In this document: positions 8,588 to 17,350 of the stretch, piece by piece | How the letters are laid out: each line of letters begins with the position of its first letter | How positions within the stretch are numbered: the stretch's first letter is position 1 | IMG/VR virus record: IMGVR_UViG_3300020460_000013 | Location: 37,322-101,321 of that record | Origin: a virus | Taxonomy: Duplodnaviria; Caudoviricetes | Direction: 5' to 3' (one strand) | DNA length: 64,000 nt | Program-made: the position numbers and the translations under genes | Notes under the pieces: generated by a model | Seen by the model: the letters and a program-made list of their open reading frames with translations, nothing else | The model's database searches: none | What the model was told of the DNA's origin: nothing

Positions 8588-8592
8588 TGAAT

Positions 8593-9186
8593 CTACGCAA
8601 AGTTTCTTCTCTCTGTAGGAGTGATGTTATATCCGAATATATGGCCATCACTTATTTTCATTTCTTTAACTTGATCATAACATTTTTTATGAGAAAAATA
8701 CTTGTTTTTGGTTTTATATCTTTTTATAACGTCTTTACTCACTACAATGAGTTTATTTCGTTCATAGTTCATATACACCATAAGAAAACGAGGATCATCT
8801 TCTAGAAAATGATCTTTTCTTCCTAGAAAATGAAGATGTTTATAGTATGAAGGCCAATCACCTTTCCATTGTGACCATCTTTCTACGTCTATATGAAGAA
8901 GTCTTTTATCATCATTCACAAGAGCGAGATCAATACCATACTTACCATCTGGTTTGATTTTCCATCTGCAATGAGGCCATTGTTTCATATGGAATTGTAC
9001 TGATGAGCATGAATTGACATATCGTAGAATATAGGTTTGAAGATCACGATTGTTCTTTGTATGTTCAATAAAAGTTTCGCAATCTGAATCGTCATCATAA
9101 TTGTTTTGTCGGTCTGAATAACTACCCCATTTATTTTTCATTTGTTTGGTCACTTGCATATTAATAGTTCGCCTCCCATGAGTCAC
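8593..9186 (-). CDS. Hypothetical protein, possibly a PD-(D/E)xK-fold nuclease
   Basis: YGIDL...IDVERW spacing; weak. Confidence 0.6.
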   Translation of the reverse strand: MTHGRRTINMQVTKQMKNKWGSYSDRQNNYDDDSDCETFIEHTKNNRDLQTYILRYVNSCSSVQFHMKQWPHCRWKIKPDGKYGIDLALVNDDKRLLHIDVERWSQWKGDWPSYYKHLHFLGRKDHFLEDDPRFLMVYMNYERNKLIVVSKDVIKRYKTKNKYFSHKKCYDQVKEMKISDGHIFGYNITPTERRNFA

Positions 9187-9391
9187 ATATACTTCTTAAT
9201 GTCATACTTACATATCCTTCATAACAATCATCACTCTCTGCAAAGGTAGATATTTCATCAATTTGTTCTTGATTCAACTCTTCTACTTCTTCGACTCCAT
9301 ATTGTTCTCTGATATCTTCCCATACCCAATCATATGTAAGTGATTCTATTTGATCTTGTAACTTATGCATTTTGTTCACTTTAAATGTCAT
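9161..9391 (-). CDS. Hypothetical protein
   Basis: ORF with GAGG RBS. Confidence 0.7.
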   Translation of the reverse strand: MTFKVNKMHKLQDQIESLTYDWVWEDIREQYGVEEVEELNQEQIDEISTFAESDDCYEGYVSMTLRSICDSWEANY

Positions 9392-9396
9392 ACTTA

Positions 9397-9588
9397 TTAC
9401 CTCTTCTGGTCTGTTATTACTGTCGTAAATGCACCGATAGCTGCACCCTCTTCACACTTACCAAATGCGACTTCACCTAATATACATCCAGCAGCTGTAT
9501 TTCCTAGTAGTCTTTGACCCTCTTTGGTTACATAGTTTGTACTACACGCACCTAATAATAGTCCTATTAATATACAGTATTTCATCAT
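9397..9588 (-). CDS. Small lipoprotein, glycine-zipper-like
   Basis: LLGAC lipobox. Confidence 0.65.
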   Translation of the reverse strand: MMKYCILIGLLLGACSTNYVTKEGQRLLGNTAAGCILGEVAFGKCEEGAAIGAFTTVITDQKR

Positions 9589-10190
9589 GTTATTCTCCTT
9601 TCACTATAATGATAATTTTTTGTTGCACTTGTATCGAAATCAAACCCCCAATAGTCTATGTCCTGTTTATACCAATCAGCGACTATTTGTATGGTTTGTT
9701 CGTTATTATAATAATCTTGGTAATTTCTTGTATAGTCACCTACATTTTCTATGACAATATATGGTGTATTCAGATTCAGATAAGGACTCAATTCGTCATC
9801 AATAAATTCTAATCTTAATATATCACAGCGTACTATACCACTCTCGTCACAGACATAATCATATTGTGTACTCCAGCTTCTGATGGGATCAACAACTGAA
9901 TGTATATCGACTTTCCATACATATCTGGTTTCTAGAAACTCTTCAAAAGTATTCCATTTTACTCCATGATCATTTGTATTTGAAGTAGGTATTCCCATGA
10001 CATATCTTGATACCATTCTGGCCCAAGGATTACGAATCACTGCAAAAGATTGATATATGTATCGTATATCTCTAGGAACATCTCTCCATCTATAATGACC
10101 GAATGAGAGTGCGTTTGTCATTTCTTTGTGTACTGACGTTCCACCATTCTTGGGTATGTGTATGAAGAGTCTTTTTACTTCTTTTTCCAT
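9585..10190 (-). CDS. Sulfotransferase family 2 protein
   Basis: FIHIPKNGGTS and RNPWARMVS PAPS-binding motifs. Confidence 0.85.
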   Translation of the reverse strand: MEKEVKRLFIHIPKNGGTSVHKEMTNALSFGHYRWRDVPRDIRYIYQSFAVIRNPWARMVSRYVMGIPTSNTNDHGVKWNTFEEFLETRYVWKVDIHSVVDPIRSWSTQYDYVCDESGIVRCDILRLEFIDDELSPYLNLNTPYIVIENVGDYTRNYQDYYNNEQTIQIVADWYKQDIDYWGFDFDTSATKNYHYSERRIT

Positions 10191-10411
10191 AATCTCTTCT
10201 CTAGTTCATTGTATCCACCAATGTATTCGTCATCAATGAAGATCGCTGGTACTTGTTTGATGTTGGGGTAATTGTCTTTGAACTCTATCAGATGATTGAT
10301 ATCGTCTAGGAGTTTTTCTTCGTATTCGACTCCATAATAATCTAACATAGACTTGGCTCGGACGCAGAATTGACAAGGTGGTTTGCGTCTGGAGTACATC
10401 AATATTTTCAT
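10175..10411 (-). CDS. Glutaredoxin
   Basis: CQFC; VPAIFID..YIGGY. Confidence 0.9.
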   Translation of the reverse strand: MKILMYSRRKPPCQFCVRAKSMLDYYGVEYEEKLLDDINHLIEFKDNYPNIKQVPAIFIDDEYIGGYNELEKRLWKKK

Positions 10412-10644
10412 GTATCATCCTCTATCATATAATTTTTAAGATCCATGATCTTTTCGTGTTCAATCAATTCAAGTATTGTTTCTGTGATCTCTTTTTCTTT
10501 TCGTAGGAAGAAGAGTTTTTCTTCGATAATCTTGAGCTGACTTTCGTACTTCTCAATCTCTCGTTGTTTTTGTAACTTACTTTCTATTAGATCTGTGATA
10601 AAAATAATCTTTTTACTTTTGTTATTCGTCATCATACATTGCAA
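10408..10644 (-). CDS. Hypothetical coiled-coil protein
   Basis: Coupled ORF. Confidence 0.7.
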   Translation of the reverse strand: MQCMMTNNKSKKIIFITDLIESKLQKQREIEKYESQLKIIEEKLFFLRKEKEITETILELIEHEKIMDLKNYMIEDDT

Positions 10645-10707
10645 TCCATACTAACCAAGCCAATATCCATGTTATACCCATAAAAATGATAAGATAAAAA
10701 ATTATCA

Positions 10708-10920
10708 TCATCTTATATCATACCAATGCACCCTATCATTAATATATACCACCACAGGTATCAATAAACATACCAACATACACCAATTTAGACCATCCCA
10801 AGGCACGAATAGATGATACCAAAAGTCAAAATGAAATGGGTGCATTGTTCCATAATCAGTTCCCTCGTAGTAATAATTCGTTGTCATAGTGTTTGTTCTC
10901 TCTCCATTCTTGTCCACCAT
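10708..10920 (-). CDS. Hypothetical membrane protein
   Basis: Hydrophobic C-terminal segment. Confidence 0.5.
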   Translation of the reverse strand: MVDKNGERTNTMTTNYYYEGTDYGTMHPFHFDFWYHLFVPWDGLNWCMLVCLLIPVVVYINDRVHWYDIR

Positions 10921-11215
10921 ACGGACTTATTGGTCGTTTATATAGAGGATTGAAGTCCTTGAGTTCTGGTTTTGTGTCTGTAGAAGATTGTGTTGTTGCA
11001 TGAACACAACCCATTTCGACTACGTGCATTCTAGATTTGTAGGTATTTTTTGCATACTGTAACACACCAGAATGTAGATTGACCTCGTTTCCACGATAAA
11101 ATGACTCGCATTGAGCCTGATTATCAAACGTCAAATTCCAACTGATTAAGAGTTCGGTGTCCTTTACAAACCCCTCATAACCCATGATTGCATAAAATAT
11201 AATAGCCCATTTCAT
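10856..11215 (-). CDS. Hypothetical protein
   Basis: ATGA-coupled ORF. Confidence 0.65.
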   Translation of the reverse strand: MKWAIIFYAIMGYEGFVKDTELLISWNLTFDNQAQCESFYRGNEVNLHSGVLQYAKNTYKSRMHVVEMGCVHATTQSSTDTKPELKDFNPLYKRPISPYGGQEWRENKHYDNELLLRGN

Positions 11216-11481
11216 TTCTTTTTCGCTTCCTTTTTATCCCACTTTTCTTTATCTCTTCGTCTATCGAATGTCAGTTCTTGACGCATTTTTAGTTGATTCA
11301 TAAACTTATCTTTGATCTTTGGATTGTTACCAGATGCACTGATAAACCAACGAATGGCCTCATACGAGAACCCTTTGAACAGTAATTTTTCACCTCTGTA
11401 CAGTACTCCTGTTGCATTTTCTAACTCTAATTTGTACTCACCATAGTTATAATAAAGCGTTCTATGCCCCGTTATACCCAA
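11212..11481 (-). CDS. Hypothetical protein
   Basis: ORF in an operon. Confidence 0.6.
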   Translation of the reverse strand: MGITGHRTLYYNYGEYKLELENATGVLYRGEKLLFKGFSYEAIRWFISASGNNPKIKDKFMNQLKMRQELTFDRRRDKEKWDKKEAKKK

Positions 11482-11656
11482 AGTATTCTATTCCCCCACC
11501 ATGTTGATCATAGTCATATTTGTTCTCAATACGTGCAATCTGGTCTTTCAACACCAACTTTTCTTTCTTAATATCTCTACGTTCTTCATCTGTTAATATA
11601 TCGTTTTCTAGTCTTTCTTCCAATTTCTGATGTTCTTTTCGTAGAGCATTAAGCAT
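11462..11656 (-). CDS. DUF465/YdcH-like small coiled-coil protein
   Basis: L..EH..L...IKKEKLVLKDQI. Confidence 0.7.
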   Translation of the reverse strand: MLNALRKEHQKLEERLENDILTDEERRDIKKEKLVLKDQIARIENKYDYDQHGGGIEYFGYNGA

Positions 11657-11665
11657 ATGAATCTC

Positions 11666-11917
11666 CTATTTTTTCTTTTTGGTTTTCTTCAGAGCGGCTC
11701 GTAACGCTCTCTGAAAGTTGATTTCTTCTTGGTCTATTTCTTCATTAGATATAGGTTTAGGTTCTTCCGAAACACTCTTTCTTGTTCTCGGAACAACCTC
11801 TTCTGGTATCTCGACAATCTCGTTCTCGTTATTATCACCATATAAATGTTTGTGTTTTCGTTTGAATTTTTGTATACGATACTTGAGCTGTCTAACTCTT
11901 TCATCCATATCATACAT
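11666..11917 (-). CDS. Hypothetical protein, probably leaderless late gene
   Basis: AATAAATA 5 nt before the ATG. Confidence 0.65.
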   Translation of the reverse strand: MYDMDERVRQLKYRIQKFKRKHKHLYGDNNENEIVEIPEEVVPRTRKSVSEEPKPISNEEIDQEEINFQRALRAALKKTKKKK

Positions 11918-11928
11918 AAAAGTATTTA

Positions 11929-12132
11929 TTAAGTTAGGTACTCCTCTTCTGTACTATCAATGTAGTCATTTTGACCCATGAACTTTCGATTAACTGTGAC
12001 TCTTTTTACTCGTACATTACCATCCTCTTCTTCTAGTATGTACTTTGTATGTTCCTCTTTAATGAGTTTACCATTCTGTTTACTCATGAATCGGTCATGA
12101 CCCCATATGTCAATTACATTATCGTCACTCAC
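11929..12132 (-). CDS. Hypothetical protein
   Basis: GAGGAG RBS with GTG start. Confidence 0.65.
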   Translation of the reverse strand: MSDDNVIDIWGHDRFMSKQNGKLIKEEHTKYILEEEDGNVRVKRVTVNRKFMGQNDYIDSTEEEYLT

Positions 12133-12135
12133 AAT

Positions 12136-12510
12136 TTATCTCCTCTTACCAGTGGCCGAATTTTTTGCGTCAACACTAGATAAAACTTGGAGTCCACCCT
12201 TGTTGTACGCTTGTCCTATGACCACATTTCCTTTATATATAGGAGTTTCTTTGACAAAACCATTACCGATTGCGTCAGATGTCTTGACCTTTGCAGTATA
12301 TGTCCGCTGATCTATCGTACCACCACGACCTTTGACAGTGGTTTTACCATGTTTATACGCAACAAACTCCTCTAGTGTCAACATAGGGAGTTTCATACGT
12401 TTCAAAAACTTGTTGTGTTCACGCATTTCTGACTCGTACTTGCGTGTGTCTACTCTCTTACGCTTGCGTTTGAGATTAGTAGTCGTATAGTAGATAGGTA
12501 ATATGTGCAT
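12136..12510 (-). CDS. Conserved hypothetical phage protein
   Basis: MH.LP.YYTT and IGQAYNKGGLQV motifs. Confidence 0.75.
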   Translation of the reverse strand: MHILPIYYTTTNLKRKRKRVDTRKYESEMREHNKFLKRMKLPMLTLEEFVAYKHGKTTVKGRGGTIDQRTYTAKVKTSDAIGNGFVKETPIYKGNVVIGQAYNKGGLQVLSSVDAKNSATGKRR

Positions 12511-12708
12511 CTATCTACTAATAGGATGAATACAAATTGCAGTAGTTATGGCCGCAAGACCATAACCAAACCATGCAAACATTTCAGATAAAGTAAGTGC
12601 ATTGTCCATACACTTACCATCACAATCTGCACCAGCAGTACCAAGTATTATGAGAATACCTATGATACCGATACTCCAAGACAGTATAACTCTAAAATTA
12701 TACCACAT
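12511..12708 (-). CDS. Small two-TM membrane protein
   Basis: Two hydrophobic segments. Confidence 0.65.
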   Translation of the reverse strand: MWYNFRVILSWSIGIIGILIILGTAGADCDGKCMDNALTLSEMFAWFGYGLAAITTAICIHPISR

Positions 12709-12992
12709 TAAGCAGCCTCCAACATTGTAAATGGAACTTGATATGTTGCAGTTTCGCCAGTAATTGGTGATCTTACCATATCGACAAGTGCTCTTGTCTT
12801 GTTGATTTTGACCACAGTACCAGGCGTCTTTTTTGTTTTCTGAACAACATAGACTCTCATACCTACTTTTATGTCTGATTTTGCTTTCATAGTCTTGATA
12901 TCTCTACACATACCCATAACTTCAGTTAGTTCACTAGGTGTCATAGTGTGTAGTATTTCTGATACTTTTCTCATGTTAGTAATAGTAACCAT
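12708..12992 (-). CDS. Hypothetical protein (KOW/SH3-like C-terminus)
   Basis: IKVGMRVYV...GTVVKINKTRA. Confidence 0.7.
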   Translation of the reverse strand: MVTITNMRKVSEILHTMTPSELTEVMGMCRDIKTMKAKSDIKVGMRVYVVQKTKKTPGTVVKINKTRALVDMVRSPITGETATYQVPFTMLEAA

Positions 12993-13186
12993 TATATATT
13001 CTCCTTGTTATCAAAATCTTCAATTACTAATTCATCTTCATAATCTTGCAGACTTGATGCAACTGCGAACTCTAGACGCAATGCAACATATGGACTTGTT
13101 TTTACAAGTTCTGCAGCCATATTCTCTATTTCTATAGGACTTAAATTTTGTAGTGTCTTTACTGCAAGTTTAGTTCTTACTGACAT
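12992..13186 (-). CDS. Hypothetical early protein
   Basis: AGAGAGG RBS after a promoter. Confidence 0.7.
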   Translation of the reverse strand: MSVRTKLAVKTLQNLSPIEIENMAAELVKTSPYVALRLEFAVASSLQDYEDELVIEDFDNKENI

Positions 13187-13203
13187 TTTTACCTCTCTGT
13201 TTA

Positions 13204-13238
13204 CGAATCACTATATCATATATATTGTTTCGTGTCAA
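13204..13238 (-). promoter_or_regulatory. sigma70 early promoter with TGATTCG abutting the -10
   Basis: TTGACA-17-TATAGT-GATTCG. Confidence 0.85.
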
Positions 13239-13774
13239 GTCCTATATAGACCATGTGCATAAACCATATTGATATTTTTAACCAAGTCTGCATATGAGTC
13301 TTGATTGGCCTGATATAGAAACCCTATTCCACCAGCTTTTTCCCACTTCTCAATGTTACTAGGTTTATCATCAACCAAAATATTTGGTGAACCATCAATA
13401 GGATTGGTTGCATATTGTTCTTTCTGACGAGTGAATATTAAATTCTCAATCGCAGGGGGCATCAAATCATTGTCCTCTAACCACCTTCTCTTGTGGTATG
13501 CAGAGTTATCCCTATCACCCCTTAATGGTGACGAACATATTCCCCACTGACCTTTTGACCTTGTTTCTACAAAGTTTACTAAATCATATGTATCTTCAAA
13601 TATTGATAGTGTGTAAAAGAAGTCAGTACCTATGAGTTCTTGTAATGACTTGTCTTTTCTTGGAATCTCTTTCCAATGATCTCTATTGAACTTCTTTGCA
13701 AATGCACCAAAGAAGTCTGCAAGGACTCCGTCCATGTCTAAGTATAAAATTGTTGCATTTCCTACTTTTTTCAT
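13235..13774 (-). CDS. HAD-family 5'(3')-deoxyribonucleotidase
   Basis: YLDMDGVLADF and ILVDD motifs; start revised to MKKVG. Confidence 0.85.
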   Translation of the reverse strand: MKKVGNATILYLDMDGVLADFFGAFAKKFNRDHWKEIPRKDKSLQELIGTDFFYTLSIFEDTYDLVNFVETRSKGQWGICSSPLRGDRDNSAYHKRRWLEDNDLMPPAIENLIFTRQKEQYATNPIDGSPNILVDDKPSNIEKWEKAGGIGFLYQANQDSYADLVKNINMVYAHGLYRT

Positions 13775-13775
13775 A

Positions 13776-13940
13776 TTATATTTTCTCCATAGTAATTTTT
13801 TTATCATCCCACTTGAGAAGTTCTAAATTAAACATTGGAAAACAATGTTTAAAGTTTTCCATCTGTGACATTTCTTTTTTGGTCAAGCCAGTTATTGTCA
13901 TGATGGTTTTTTTACCAATTGTCTTTGTTGTAATTTTCAT
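13776..13940 (-). CDS. 54-aa hypothetical early protein (not in ORF track)
   Basis: MKITTKTIGKK...; AGAGAGAAAGG RBS; promoter upstream. Confidence 0.6.
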   Translation of the reverse strand: MKITTKTIGKKTIMTITGLTKKEMSQMENFKHCFPMFNLELLKWDDKKITMEKI

Positions 13941-13942
13941 AA

Positions 13943-13997
13943 CGAATCACCTTTCTCTCTATACTATTAATATACCTGTTTTCATAACAAATGTCAA
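13943..13997 (-). promoter_or_regulatory. sigma70 early promoter with downstream TGATTCG
   Basis: TTGACA-17-TATATT; TGATTCG at 13949-13943. Confidence 0.75.
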
Positions 13998-14008
13998 CCC
14001 CTAAAAAC

Positions 14009-14036
14009 AAAAAAACCTCAAAAAGATGAGGTTTTT
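14009..14036 (-). terminator. Rho-independent terminator
   Basis: AAAAACCTCA-loop-TGAGGTTTTTTT. Confidence 0.75.
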
Positions 14037-14061
14037 CTGAAAAATATATTGATGTATTATA

Positions 14062-14457
14062 TTAGAATGATATAGTCGCACCTAACTTAATGTCTTTTCT
14101 TTCTGACGCATCAATATCCCAGCTTGTTTTACCATATACTTCTACAGGTAATGGAATCATATCACCCATATCGTATGTTAACTCTAGATTAATGTTTGGT
14201 CTATTTCCCTCATCTAAAGTGTCAAACAACATAAAACTGTCGGTTGCAGAGGAGTCGTATATAGAAATAAGTGTACCAATTGATAGTTCTAACTGATCAT
14301 GATTCCACTCAATTTCTGGTTCATACTTCATGATTGTATTTTCATTGTCAACTGAATATTCAGCTGTAACATCATGACTATGAGAAAGTTCTGCAACTGT
14401 ATACGTTGCAAAGAGTAACACAGCGAGAAACGCTGTCAGACTTGATAGTAATTTCAT
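14062..14457 (-). CDS. Small outer-membrane beta-barrel-like protein
   Basis: Signal peptide; alternating-residue strands; C-terminal KLGATISF; TATAAATA at 14506-14513. Confidence 0.6.
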   Translation of the reverse strand: MKLLSSLTAFLAVLLFATYTVAELSHSHDVTAEYSVDNENTIMKYEPEIEWNHDQLELSIGTLISIYDSSATDSFMLFDTLDEGNRPNINLELTYDMGDMIPLPVEVYGKTSWDIDASERKDIKLGATISF

Positions 14458-14514
14458 GTGAGATTTTCCTTATTCTATTTGTGGACATTGTGTCACACAA
14501 AGACATATTTATAA

Positions 14515-15180
14515 TTATCTTTTCTTTAATCTTAACTGTTTAGATATCCAAGACTTAGCGATTGTATTATTCACTTTCTTCTTAACAAGTATCATACATC
14601 TCTTCCATACTTTCTTGAATACATCTTCACCAGCATCATTGTTGTCTACAACTATAAAATTACTTGAACCAAATAGTGTTTGAAATTTACCTATGTTATT
14701 TTGAACTGCATTCCACATCTTCGCAACTTGAACTTCTGGTAGAGTTCTAGACCTCATCTTATTTCTTTCTTGTGCAGTATCTAGTGATGTATTAACAAAT
14801 ATCATGTATGTTTCATATCCTAATGCACGTAATCCTCTTACTTGTTGTGATATTTTATCATACTCTCTACCTGTACCATCAATGATAACTCCTAGTCTAC
14901 CCTTTAGAAAGTTCCCTTGCATACGGGCCGTAACCTCTTTCGCTTTAACTCTTATATCTTGACCTTGATCAGAATATATATCCTCTGGTGTTGTTTCCAA
15001 CCCAGCGTCCTTTAACATCTTTTCGTATATATCGTCAGAGTTTACAATCTTCATACCCAATCCACCTGTAGATCTTCTTACTACATATGACTTACCAGAT
15101 CCTGGCCCGCCTGCAAGAAATATCGCTTTAAATATATTGGGGTCGTAAACTCCTTCCTGTATTTGTTGAAATGTTTTCAT
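14515..15180 (-). CDS. P-loop kinase (AAA_33/zeta-toxin-like) with a capsid-targeting-like N-terminus
   Basis: AGGPGSGKS, IIDGTG and RN..R.R motifs; N-terminal MKTFQQIQE. Confidence 0.8.
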   Translation of the reverse strand: MKTFQQIQEGVYDPNIFKAIFLAGGPGSGKSYVVRRSTGGLGMKIVNSDDIYEKMLKDAGLETTPEDIYSDQGQDIRVKAKEVTARMQGNFLKGRLGVIIDGTGREYDKISQQVRGLRALGYETYMIFVNTSLDTAQERNKMRSRTLPEVQVAKMWNAVQNNIGKFQTLFGSSNFIVVDNNDAGEDVFKKVWKRCMILVKKKVNNTIAKSWISKQLRLKKR

Positions 15181-15325
15181 GTTTTATTCCTAACAACTCC
15201 ATAGTTTGTTCTTTATATAATTGTTCATAGTATTTAGTTTCCTCATTATCCTGTGTCTGTATTGTTCGATTGGTTTGTTTTTGAAACGTCATTTTGTGTA
15301 CACGATTTTTGAGTTTTGCTGTCAT
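15128..15325 (-). CDS. Hypothetical protein
   Basis: AGAGG RBS; overlaps the kinase start. Confidence 0.45.
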   Translation of the reverse strand: MTAKLKNRVHKMTFQKQTNRTIQTQDNEETKYYEQLYKEQTMELLGIKHENISTNTGRSLRPQYI

Positions 15326-15385
15326 GGTAGCCTCTTTCTATGGTTAATAAATTATCATAACGAATGAGTTGTTATCATCTCCTTT

Positions 15386-16819
15386 CTAAAATGTTACTTC
15401 TGAAGGATCTTCAGAACCTAGTGGTATTCTATAGTCACCCTCGTTACCTTGATCTTTAATGGTAACTCCAGAACTTGGGAATGGTGACTTAACTGTATCT
15501 CTTACACAATCCATTACTATTCTGTGTATAGGAGAACCTTCTGCATATGTAAATTTATGTAATAAATTTCTGATTAGATACTTTCCTGTCATACTTTCAT
15601 CAGATAAATCTAGACCTATGAGATCACCTACTTGTAATGTTGTGTTGCCTGGAATTGTAACTCTTAATGATAGTGCAGAGTCTAAAGATGCAAATCTAGA
15701 TGATCTTCTTTGTAACCATTGGTCTGTACCCATATAATCATATTGTGATCTCTCACCCCAAGCTGGATTAAACATACCATTTGCAACATTTCTTTCTATC
15801 ATCTGCACATGAAGAACAGAGTCTGGATAATCTCCAATTTGTTTACCATACTGATCCATTGCAGTAGACGCTACTGGAGATTTAGTAGATCCATATTTAT
15901 TATATTGATCGACATGAATATCCCTGTCAAAATCCTGTAAATAATTGTAATCAAACTCTTGGTAATCTTTATTAAAAATATCTAACAACACTAGTCTTGA
16001 CCCATACATACCAGACAATCTACTTGACATAGTGTCGGTTGTTGACATTACTTGTATATCTAGAATATTTGTTAATTTAGCAATAACTCCCTCTTCATTA
16101 TCCCTTAAATCTATTTCTTGTGGTGATACTTCACGATAGACACCTTTTGGATTTTTTCTATCCATCATACTGTCTATTGTTCTAAAAAAATAACCTTTGG
16201 TTGTTTCATAGAATAAAAATGATGGTGCATAGTCATATTCTTTGGATAAACATCTTTTCGATAAATTTACTATGAAATCAAATGGGTGCATATTTGGTGA
16301 AACAAGTTTAAAATGATTATTCGTAACTTCATAATAAAATTCTTTTTTAGATGCAATTAAATCATCATCTCTTAAAATATTTTGAATGATATCTTCTGAT
16401 GGCTCACCCTCATATGATTTGACAACACGCACATGATTATTTCTGATAAATTCTGGTGTAGTAAAGTGCAACATAAATGCATCTGTATTTTCATTGACTC
16501 CAACTTTATCGTCAATTTTATAAACGTATAATGGTGTTTCAGTATAATTAATGATACGATTTCTATCACCTGTATCATCAGCGTTCGGTGTTGACAGTTT
16601 AAGTTTAAGTTTTTCTTGACCTATAATACCTATATCTTTGTTACCTAATAAATTATTAGTGTCTTGGAAAGATATAGTTCCACTTACAGATGTAGAGAAA
16701 AGATCTTCATATATGTTTATATCTGCAACTAGTTCAGTTAAGTCAAGTTCTAAACCACTTACTGTACAAAGTGTACATTCTTCTAGTTGAAATTCACCAG
16801 CGTATTGTATGACAGCCAT
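15386..16819 (-). CDS. Baseplate hub/tail protein (gp27-like)
   Basis: INIYEDLF, FLFYET..G..F and PGN....VGD motifs; follows gp48-gp53. Confidence 0.65.
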   Translation of the reverse strand: MAVIQYAGEFQLEECTLCTVSGLELDLTELVADINIYEDLFSTSVSGTISFQDTNNLLGNKDIGIIGQEKLKLKLSTPNADDTGDRNRIINYTETPLYVYKIDDKVGVNENTDAFMLHFTTPEFIRNNHVRVVKSYEGEPSEDIIQNILRDDDLIASKKEFYYEVTNNHFKLVSPNMHPFDFIVNLSKRCLSKEYDYAPSFLFYETTKGYFFRTIDSMMDRKNPKGVYREVSPQEIDLRDNEEGVIAKLTNILDIQVMSTTDTMSSRLSGMYGSRLVLLDIFNKDYQEFDYNYLQDFDRDIHVDQYNKYGSTKSPVASTAMDQYGKQIGDYPDSVLHVQMIERNVANGMFNPAWGERSQYDYMGTDQWLQRRSSRFASLDSALSLRVTIPGNTTLQVGDLIGLDLSDESMTGKYLIRNLLHKFTYAEGSPIHRIVMDCVRDTVKSPFPSSGVTIKDQGNEGDYRIPLGSEDPSEVTF

Positions 16820-16820
16820 A

Positions 16821-17348
16821 TTATTTTCTCAATAGTTGTTGTATTTCTCTCTTTATTTGAGGAATATATTCTGGTTTTATAACTCTTATTTGTCTTTTAT
16901 TATCCTCTGCTCTTTCTGCATAATTATAGTTTGTAACTATAACTGCGTCCTCTGGTATGGTATTTGCAGAGTCACTTGGTATTTCTATTACTTTAGTCGT
17001 ATCACCAGATGTTTGTTTCACTTCATAATGATGAACTGCATCTGGATTATCATACAGTTCTTGTAAGTTTCTGTCAAATGTTGCATTTGTGAGTGGCCAA
17101 TCATGATAATAATCCATTACATCATTTGCAAGTAATAGAACCCAATGAAGTTTTTCGTCATTGTAAAACGCTTTCGCTAAAAATTCTGGAGTCTGACCAG
17201 ATTGTACATCATAGTAATCAAATGTAACATTGTATCTTTTAACAAGATCTTTAAATCTAACTTTTCTTGTTATTTCTAAAAAAGTAGTCTTTGTACCATT
17301 ATCTAATACATCTACTTCTATAGTAGGAAAATTTGAAAAAAATGACAT
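16821..17348 (-). CDS. Baseplate wedge gp53
   Basis: FFSNFP...PE.LA...Y....LHWVLL..N...DWP. Confidence 0.85.
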   Translation of the reverse strand: MSFFSNFPTIEVDVLDNGTKTTFLEITRKVRFKDLVKRYNVTFDYYDVQSGQTPEFLAKAFYNDEKLHWVLLLANDVMDYYHDWPLTNATFDRNLQELYDNPDAVHHYEVKQTSGDTTKVIEIPSDSANTIPEDAVIVTNYNYAERAEDNKRQIRVIKPEYIPQIKREIQQLLRK

Positions 17349-17350
17349 GA

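Noticed and set aside
14515-15325. Epsilon/zeta toxin-antitoxin pair
   Set aside because: The upstream ORF is not epsilon-like; the capsid-targeting-like N-terminus is a better explanation.
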